From contig NC_009073.1 of NCBI RefSeq assembly GCF_000015805.1, forward strand, positions 1,710,001 to 1,742,000: a stretch of 32,000 nucleotides of DNA, written 5' to 3'. The position numbers and the translations under genes were made by a program. This document shows, piece after piece, positions 25,556 through 32,000 of the stretch. The notes beneath the pieces are model-generated. The model was given only the letters and a program-made list of their open reading frames with translations. It searched no databases and was not told the origin of the DNA. Each line of letters begins with the position of its first letter. Positions within the stretch are counted from its first letter, which is position 1. This DNA comes from Pyrobaculum calidifontis JCM 11548 (GTDB lineage Archaea > Thermoproteota > Thermoprotei > Thermoproteales > Thermoproteaceae).

Positions 25556-28500
25556 GTGCCTCTCGGCGTTGATTGCGGCATCCTCTCCGACTCCACGTCG
25601 TCTGCTTTTGTTCAACTTCTCGTCGAGTTTTTCGTTTTAACTGTTTTCAGCAATTATGCGAGTTACGGTTTTCGGGTATTCTCGGGGTTCTCCTCCTGGC
25701 CTTGTCGGCCTTGGCGTATAACGTCTTCTGGGGGGAGTTCGTCCACTGCGACGTGGGGTCTTGCCCGTATCCAAACCCCGAGGGGAAGTTTCTCGAGGTG
25801 GGGCCTAACTACGCCGTCTTTGACACTCGGGGTGACCCCTCGGCGATGGGGGTTCTTCGTGTTGGCCGTTGAGTTTAAGAGACACACGACGGTTACAATC
25901 CAGGGCTGGTGGTCTTATGAACTCCCGCGGACTTTGGCTTACGTCGTGTCCGACAAGGGGCTTACGGCTTTTGAGTGCTCCACAGGCGGGGGGCAGCAGT
26001 GTAGCGTCTCCGGCGCGGCGGCCCCCGGCGTTTATTATATCGTATTTGTCGACGCGTGGGCGGCGCAGACAGTTAGAGTGGAGGCGGACGGCCCGCTCGA
26101 CCTTATAGACGTCTCGCCTCAGCGCGTTGCTTGCGCCCTCTGGAGGGCCGGCGTCTTGAGGGGACAGCGCATAACATACGCCTTTAACTGGCCGTCTAGG
26201 CCCGGCGCCTCTGTTTCTCAAGATATTGTGGAGGGCTCTTGCGGCCCGCCCGATTTGCAAGAGGCCCTGGCCTTTGCCGCCGCGGCCGGGCTCAACGCGA
26301 CGGAGGCCTCCCTCCTCACGCGTCCGCTGGGCTACAACGTGACTGCAGTGGAGAGGAAGTACGGCTCCGCCGTGTTTTACCTCCAGCCCGACCTCACTTA
26401 CGTAGTGCCCCTGGCTCTTGAAGTCCAGTGGCCTAACGCGGGCCGGCTCCTCCTCGTCAACCCGAGCAACGTCTCAGTCACGTGGGCCGTGGAGCTACGC
26501 CTTTCTAACAAAACGGGGAGCTCCGGCGTTGCCCACGGGTCGAGGCTGTCTTTAACAAACGTCACGCTCCCGCCGCGCTCTGTCTACGAGCTGTACCTCT
26601 ACGGCGTTGCCAGAGAGGGGGGCTCTTACGTCTTTTCCTACCGGATTCGGGCGGCGGGTAGTTACAGCTGGAGCAATTACGTTTTTTACACAGAGGGCCG
26701 GCTTGTGACGCAGAACGGCTCTTTCCTCAACTGGCTTTGGGGTAGGCTGGAGCAGTTCTGGGGCGGCGTGACTGGGGATAAATGCGCCGAGGCGCGGGGG
26801 GCTGGGAGGAGGTGGGCGGCGGAGCGGATTGGCTTGGCGGGGGTGGTGACTGAGCTGGATGCGGCGGCGGGTGGGGCGGCGCTTGTGACTGGGGGCTACG
26901 GCGTTGTGAAGGCCGCCGCCTCGGGGGCGAGGGCGCTGGACCTTGCGGCGTCTGTTGCCAGGGGGTACAGGGGGGCCGTGGGTGTCCTGCAGTTGGCGGA
27001 CCTCTTGGCCAACGGCGTGGCGCTGGGCTTCGACGTATACGTAGACGTGTCTTCGGGGCGGGTGGACTGGGGTGACGTGGCCAGTGCGGCTTTCCTCGCG
27101 GCTGGCCCGGCGGCTCAGAGGGTTAGGTTTGTTCAGGGGGCCCTCGCGGCGAGCGGCGCCGTGGCTCTGTACCTGGGCCAGCCGCTGGACTTGGCTGCCC
27201 AGCTCTCCTCTGACCTCGAGGCCGCGGCTTCGGCCTACGGTCAATACGCACAGTGCTTCAGGGATGGGGCTCTCCAGGCCTTTTCCACCTTCGCGGTGGA
27301 GGTTGAGGTGGCTAGGTGGGTGGGCATTGCCTCTTCGCTTGGCGACGTGGCGACTGCCGTGGGGAGGGCCGCTGGGAGTAGGGGGTGGGAGGCCTACCGG
27401 CAGCTCGCCGCGCTGGCCGCCTTCAAGTACAAGACCCCCTTTCCCTTATACAAGTACGACAGGTCCTCAGAGCTGATGCGTTTTGTAGAAAGGCAGAAAG
27501 GCAAATTCGACGTCCTCGCAATAGACGTTAGAAAATTCGCCATAGACCAAGAAGGCAAGCTCGTGTTCCTAGAACTCACAAAAGACGGCGGACTCAGAGT
27601 AAAGAAGAGAGAATCTACTAGTGTATTTGAAGGGGAGAAGATAACTCTCGACACAGGTGAAGTCACTTTCGCAATCTACAGGAAGCGTGGGGGCCACGAC
27701 GTTGGTATGGTTTTGTCTGTTGGTGGTGTTAGGCTTGGCACTTATGTGGGTCTTGGGCGTATGGTGGGGTTTGCGGCTTTGGCTAAGGACTCGGAGGTTC
27801 AAAAGGCGAGGGTCAAGGTCGTCGGCCGCGACGCCGAGGTCTACAGGTTTACGCTGGACTTGGAGAGGTACGGCCTCTCGATAGTAAAAGACGAGAAGAA
27901 TGATAAGTACTACGTCGACGTCGGCGGTGGGGCCAGGATCCAGGCCCATACCCCGGTTAAGGACTTGGCGGGCGCGCTCATGGTGGCGCTGGGCAAGACG
28001 CAGCCGAGCGCCATAGCCTCTGAGGTCTCGCTACCTACGCCAGACTACCTTGAGCTTGTACGTCTACAATCTACATTTGGTGAAGAGATTGCCGCCGCCT
28101 TTAACATTGAGAAAAAGGAGTCGCTAACAGCCGCTTGGCTAAAGCTAGGCGACCCAGAGGAGGGAAAGATGCCTCTCAGACTAGACTTGTTGGGCGTCGG
28201 CGAGGGCGGGCGGCTCGTGTTAGGTGAGGTAAAGGCGTGGGACGAGGATCCAGACGCTTTTGGAGGCCACTTTGCGGCTATTGACAAGTGGGAGAGGGCG
28301 TCTGGGGAGTACGTCCGCTACCTCGTAGATGCGTTTAATGGGAGGGCGTACGGCGGGGAGGGGGCCTACTCTGTCTTTGCCTGGCCTGGGCCTATGCCGC
28401 CTGTGCCCGATCTGCGTGGGCCATACCTCTTCGCCTATGGGAAGTACAAGGTGGTGGGTGGCAAGATTGAGGTGTACGTCGTCTTCGTAGAGGCTACGCG

Positions 28501-28693
28501 GGGCGAGCTCACTGACGACGACTTCCTCAAGCGGCTCGACGCAGAGGCCAAAGACGCCGTTGAGGCCATAAGCACATGGGAATACGTCGGCCGCCTCGGC
28601 GACATGATCGCCGACAGGCTGGCCGCCGGCGGGGCGCTGGGGGAGCTGGCCGCCCAGCTGCTGAGGACAGGCGGCTATCCAGCCGCCTCTTAG
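25556..28693 (+). CDS. giant protein G (paralogue of D); the 5' end is probably frameshifted, the true start probably ATG 25656
   Basis: The body from about 25853 is homologous to D. It is rich in N-x-S/T sequons, has an Ala/Gly-rich hydrophobic middle, and a C-terminal LDLLGVGEGGRLVLGEVKAW (D-x13-E-V-K). The first about 100 codons of the listed ORF look non-coding. The signal peptide and first conserved block lie in other frames. Confidence 0.7.
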   Translation: MPLGVDCGILSDSTSSAFVQLLVEFFVLTVFSNYASYGFRVFSGFSSWPCRPWRITSSGGSSSTATWGLARIQTPRGSFSRWGLTTPSLTLGVTPRRWGFFVLAVEFKRHTTVTIQGWWSYELPRTLAYVVSDKGLTAFECSTGGGQQCSVSGAAAPGVYYIVFVDAWAAQTVRVEADGPLDLIDVSPQRVACALWRAGVLRGQRITYAFNWPSRPGASVSQDIVEGSCGPPDLQEALAFAAAAGLNATEASLLTRPLGYNVTAVERKYGSAVFYLQPDLTYVVPLALEVQWPNAGRLLLVNPSNVSVTWAVELRLSNKTGSSGVAHGSRLSLTNVTLPPRSVYELYLYGVAREGGSYVFSYRIRAAGSYSWSNYVFYTEGRLVTQNGSFLNWLWGRLEQFWGGVTGDKCAEARGAGRRWAAERIGLAGVVTELDAAAGGAALVTGGYGVVKAAASGARALDLAASVARGYRGAVGVLQLADLLANGVALGFDVYVDVSSGRVDWGDVASAAFLAAGPAAQRVRFVQGALAASGAVALYLGQPLDLAAQLSSDLEAAASAYGQYAQCFRDGALQAFSTFAVEVEVARWVGIASSLGDVATAVGRAAGSRGWEAYRQLAALAAFKYKTPFPLYKYDRSSELMRFVERQKGKFDVLAIDVRKFAIDQEGKLVFLELTKDGGLRVKKRESTSVFEGEKITLDTGEVTFAIYRKRGGHDVGMVLSVGGVRLGTYVGLGRMVGFAALAKDSEVQKARVKVVGRDAEVYRFTLDLERYGLSIVKDEKNDKYYVDVGGGARIQAHTPVKDLAGALMVALGKTQPSAIASEVSLPTPDYLELVRLQSTFGEEIAAAFNIEKKESLTAAWLKLGDPEEGKMPLRLDLLGVGEGGRLVLGEVKAWDEDPDAFGGHFAAIDKWERASGEYVRYLVDAFNGRAYGGEGAYSVFAWPGPMPPVPDLRGPYLFAYGKYKVVGGKIEVYVVFVEATRGELTDDDFLKRLDAEAKDAVEAISTWEYVGRLGDMIADRLAAGGALGELAAQLLRTGGYPAAS

Positions 28694-28735
28694 CCGGCCC
28701 GCGAGGGGCTTTTAAAGACGGCCCATTTTTTGTAC

Positions 28736-30781
28736 ATGTTCATGAGAAATACCGGGTGCCGCTTCCGAGCAAAGAGGGGGCGGGGGGAGCTGGTGTTTGA
28801 GGGCGTGGGTGGCGCCCACTACTACATGGGGTGGTGCCCCTCCAGCGAGGCTGTGGTGGCTATTCGCCGGGCTTCTCTGCCTCTCGCCATTGATAGAGAG
28901 GTGTGCCCCTCGGGGTACTGCCCCGTGACGTGTACAAACTGGGAGAGGGAGGCGCCCATCCTCTTGCTCAGCGGCGGTGGTGTGAGGGCCTTTGGCATCG
29001 GCGTAGGCCGCATGGTGGGGGAGGTGCACGACCTCCCAGTGCCCCCAGTCCCCTACGAGGACTTGGAGACGGGCGAATTGGGGTGGACTAGGCTTGTCCC
29101 CGACTTGGTGTTGGAGGACGTGCTCCCCTGGCAGGAGGCTAGGAAGATCTGCAGGTACCCAGAGCACTGCCAGCCGGCCCTCGTTGGCGAGGGGGGCTTG
29201 GTCAAGTCCATCGGCGACATACCCACCAGCTTTGCCCACGTCGCAGACTGCTCCTACGAGGGCTTCTCCCTCCTAGCCGCCCGATACGAGCCAGGCAACT
29301 TCGTCAAGGTTGAGGAGGATCTGTACTGGATAAGACACGAATACGCAGAGTGGGACGACCCGCGTTTCCCCGGCCTCGGCCGCCTCTTGGGGGAGGAGTT
29401 TCGGGTTAAAGAAGTCGAGGGTGACTACCTCCGCCTAGTGGGCCGCGGCGGCGATGAGCACATTGCGTGGGACTTTGTGTTGGGGGTGCTTGACTCTGGG
29501 GAGTGGGTGGTCATGGGCGAGGATGGTCTCTACTTGGCGGAGCATAGGGGTGGGCGCGTCGTCGTAACGGCGCCTTATCGGGGGCCGCTCATAGACGTGA
29601 GAGGGCCTCCCTCCCTCTACCCCCTCTTCTCGTACCGCATCCCCAGCGTTAGGAGGGCGGCTGAGCGGGTGGAGAGGCTCTTGGGCAAGTCCCTCAGAGA
29701 GCTGTTGGACGAGGAGGTTCCCAACCCCGAGCTCTACCTAAGGTGGCCCCTTGTGAGGAGGCGGTGGCAGTTCAAGGTGGTGCTTCACTACCCCTACCGC
29801 AACTACCTCTACCGCTTCCGCTACGTCCCGTCGGAGGATGGGCCGTTGTATGTCGTGTACAAGTTTGAGCCCAAGCTCCTTATCCCTCTGGGCGTTAGAA
29901 AGTGCCGTGTGGGTGTATCGGCGCAGGAGAGGCCGGGCCACGTGGCCGTCTCTATGGGCGAAGATCCGTGGGATAAGTACTGCCTCACCCTCGTGGACGG
30001 GGAGGGCAAATTCTACGTGGCTGTGTCTGCCGACCCCTACGACTGGCAGAGGTGGCTTCGGCCGCTCTTCACAGCCCGCGCCCCTCCGGCGGACTTCCCC
30101 TCCACGCCGCTCCCCACGGGGGACGGGTGGAGTAGGCTTGTCCACCCGCCTGAGCCGTTCCTCGACTTCCCCGACCCCATCCCCTACAACCCACACTGCG
30201 CCAGCTACTACGGCCACCTCCCCGGCAACTGCCAAGCCGTTGGGTCAAAATTCCCCGTAGCTCTTGGGTCAAGATACCACGAGACAGCTGGGTCGAGGTT
30301 CCCTGGGCGAGGCCGCCTCGTGGGCGAGGAGTTCCGCATAAAGGAAGTGGAGGGCGATTACCTGCGCCTTGTGGGGAGGGGTGGGGATGAGTACGTGGCG
30401 TGGGACTTCGTCTACGGGGTGTTAGATACTGGCGATTGGGTCCTCATGGGTGGGGACGGTCTCTACTTGGCGGAGCTTAGGGGCGATAGGATAGTTGTCG
30501 TGGCGCCGTATGGGGGGCCTGTGGAGAGGGTTAGGGGTCCTCCCTACGGCCTTCTCTACCCGGTTGTGGTGGGTGGGGTGGTGAGGTGGCCGGGGTGGGC
30601 TCCGCGGGTTGAGGTGGACCCGTGGTTGCTTTTGAGGTGGCCTCTTGTCTTGCCGGGGTGGGAGGTGGGTGGGCTTGAGTTCTACGGGGCCTACGGCTTG
30701 GGGCTTGTGGGGAGGGGCGTGAGAGTGAGGAAGGTGGAGGCTGAGAAGATATGGCTGAGGGAGATAGACGCTAAGTATTAA
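28736..30781 (+). CDS. uncharacterised family-2 protein with internal tandem duplication (two 'GDYLRLVG...GDGLYLAE' modules)
   Basis: ATG 28736 lies 23 nt after TATA cttttaaag (28709..28717). The two repeats (about 29374..29610 and 30297..30540) are about 75% identical at DNA level by eye. Each is followed by an LRWPLV motif. Confidence 0.75.
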   Translation: MFMRNTGCRFRAKRGRGELVFEGVGGAHYYMGWCPSSEAVVAIRRASLPLAIDREVCPSGYCPVTCTNWEREAPILLLSGGGVRAFGIGVGRMVGEVHDLPVPPVPYEDLETGELGWTRLVPDLVLEDVLPWQEARKICRYPEHCQPALVGEGGLVKSIGDIPTSFAHVADCSYEGFSLLAARYEPGNFVKVEEDLYWIRHEYAEWDDPRFPGLGRLLGEEFRVKEVEGDYLRLVGRGGDEHIAWDFVLGVLDSGEWVVMGEDGLYLAEHRGGRVVVTAPYRGPLIDVRGPPSLYPLFSYRIPSVRRAAERVERLLGKSLRELLDEEVPNPELYLRWPLVRRRWQFKVVLHYPYRNYLYRFRYVPSEDGPLYVVYKFEPKLLIPLGVRKCRVGVSAQERPGHVAVSMGEDPWDKYCLTLVDGEGKFYVAVSADPYDWQRWLRPLFTARAPPADFPSTPLPTGDGWSRLVHPPEPFLDFPDPIPYNPHCASYYGHLPGNCQAVGSKFPVALGSRYHETAGSRFPGRGRLVGEEFRIKEVEGDYLRLVGRGGDEYVAWDFVYGVLDTGDWVLMGGDGLYLAELRGDRIVVVAPYGGPVERVRGPPYGLLYPVVVGGVVRWPGWAPRVEVDPWLLLRWPLVLPGWEVGGLEFYGAYGLGLVGRGVRVRKVEAEKIWLREIDAKY

Positions 30782-31634
30782 CGGTTGCTAGCTTTGCCTT
30801 GTACTTCTTGTGTAACAGCTGGGCTAGGCGGACTGCGTATTGGCCGGGGGTCCCCCTGAACGCGGCCAGCGGCCACCTTGTGGCTATGTGAAACACCTCG
30901 TCGTCGCGGACACAGACCTCGCTGTCGCCAACCTGGAGGGCGCCCAGGGGGCAGTTTGTCTTTACAGAGGGGGTGCTTGGGAGGACGTCGCCGAGGAATG
31001 GGGGCCCCTCCACAGCCCTAACCTCGCCCCAGTAAGGCCCCTCCACCACGGCGTACCCCACCCTCCCGCTGGGCCCCACGTCTTCTATAAATGCCGCAGT
31101 GTAGAGGCCGTCTTTGCCCATGAGGACCCACCGGTCGCCGACGGTGCCTAAGACAAAGCGGAACGCCGGCACGACACCCTCTGGCGATTCCATCTGTAGA
31201 TACTCGCCCTCAATGGCGTATACGGCGAAGCGCTCGTCCAAGTGGGCACCGCGGCCGGGGACGCGGACACGGGAGAAGATAGACCAAGGCCCCTCCACCC
31301 CGTAGCGCTTTAAGACTGGCTTGAGGTACTCTACGAGGTATCTAGCCGACGTCGCTTGGTACATGTCGTAGGGGGACAGCCTGTCTCCGGCCTTGAGTGG
31401 GAGTCTGAAAGGCCCGCCGGAGGCAGAGGGGTAGGCCAGGTAGGCGTTGGTGAGGTCTAAAACTCTGAGCAGGGAAGAGAGGTAGTCTTCAAAGACGAGG
31501 AGTGGGACAGCCCTACACCCGGGGAAGTAGCGACAGCGCCCCTCCACTCCCACCCCTAGGACAACTACCCTCGACCAGCCGTCGGATCGCTCGTTGTACT
31601 GCCTCGGGTATAGGCCGTAGACTACAGAGGCCAT
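30771..31634 (-). CDS. uncharacterised family-2 protein (single module)
   Basis: IEGEYLQMESPEGVVPAFRFVLGTVGDRWVLMGKDGLYTAAFIEDVGPSGRVGYAVVEGPYWGEVRAVEGPP ... TRWPL. The likely start is ATG 31634 (MASVVYGLYP...); the ORF track starts at GTG 31685. Convergent with 28736..30781, overlapping by 11 nt. Confidence 0.7.
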   Translation of the reverse strand: MASVVYGLYPRQYNERSDGWSRVVVLGVGVEGRCRYFPGCRAVPLLVFEDYLSSLLRVLDLTNAYLAYPSASGGPFRLPLKAGDRLSPYDMYQATSARYLVEYLKPVLKRYGVEGPWSIFSRVRVPGRGAHLDERFAVYAIEGEYLQMESPEGVVPAFRFVLGTVGDRWVLMGKDGLYTAAFIEDVGPSGRVGYAVVEGPYWGEVRAVEGPPFLGDVLPSTPSVKTNCPLGALQVGDSEVCVRDDEVFHIATRWPLAAFRGTPGQYAVRLAQLLHKKYKAKLATVNT

Positions 31635-31999
31635 TTCAAAACCTCTCGGCCCCTCTCCACAAGCTCCCCCGCCTCGTCCTCCCACAGAGCCAAGTTATCC
31701 CCCATGTAGAAGCCCCCGGGGAACCTGCACCCGCTGGCCACCTCGGCCACCCTCTTTGTGCATAGTACGAAGGGCGGCAGGTCTGAGGGGCCCTCCACCT
31801 CTCTCACGTCGCCTCGGTAGGGCTCTTCCACCACGGCGTAGCCGACTCTGCCTCCAGGCCCCTCGGCCCTTTCGAAGCGGGCGAGGTAGAGGCCGTCTTT
31901 GCCCATGAGGACCCACCTGCCGCCGACAGTGCCAAGCACCACGTTGACGGCGAAGTCGAGCCCCCAGGGAGACTCCATCTGAAGATACTCACCCTCCAC
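31622..31999 (-). CDS. uncharacterised family-2 protein, 5' end outside window
   Basis: EGEYLQMESPWGLDFAVNVVLGTVGGRWVLMGKDGLYLARFERAEGPGGRVGYAVVEEPYRGDVREVEGPS ... LKWPL*. The frame is open to the window edge. Tandem with 30771..31634. Confidence 0.7.
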   Translation of the reverse strand: MEGEYLQMESPWGLDFAVNVVLGTVGGRWVLMGKDGLYLARFERAEGPGGRVGYAVVEEPYRGDVREVEGPSDLPPFVLCTKRVAEVASGCRFPGGFYMGDNLALWEDEAGELVERGREVLKWPL

Positions 32000-32000
32000 T

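Overview
The window is from a GC-rich hyperthermophilic crenarchaeon, Pyrobaculum/Thermoproteus-like. This is inferred from the 16S/23S sequence, the tRNA-free ITS, the BHB-type rRNA introns, and AT-rich TATA boxes about 25 nt upstream of most start codons, which indicate leaderless genes.

Nt 1-8300 is ordinary chromosome plus a defence locus. It holds a Ras-like small GTPase, an MscS-type channel, ADP-forming acetyl-CoA synthetase alpha/beta, and a McrBC-type (type IV restriction-like) gene pair.

The centre (14.0-20.0 kb) is a 16S-23S rRNA operon. Its 23S gene carries two archaeal introns, each encoding a LAGLIDADG homing endonuclease. One sits exactly at the I-DmoI-type site and encodes an I-DmoI homologue. 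A perfect I-PorI-type target between the two introns is unoccupied.

The most interesting part is the region flanking the operon. Two divergently oriented copies of an uncharacterised gene module flank it (left arm 8.5-14.0 kb on the minus strand, right arm 20.1-32 kb on the plus strand). The module contains:
- proteins with a PD-(D/E)xK-like core. Two of these are giant signal-peptide, N-glycosylation-sequon-rich proteins of about 940 and more than 1000 aa. One is a stand-alone 345-aa version.
- a conserved pair of paralogous about 320-354-aa proteins. They share a very distinctive all-beta 'YLRVGxWLAWHRVLGVLD...GDDGLYxAEF...SPCGAPRLVAC' core.
- a second, related 'GDYLRLVG...VLGVLD..WVLMG.DGLYLAE' family, present in four more copies.
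- in the left arm only, a co-oriented ABC/OLD-like ATPase.

Both giant genes are broken by frameshifts at homopolymer runs (G17, G5, and possibly T4). A third family member carries an in-frame G14 run. I cannot assign these families to any named system, so the functional proposals below are inference.
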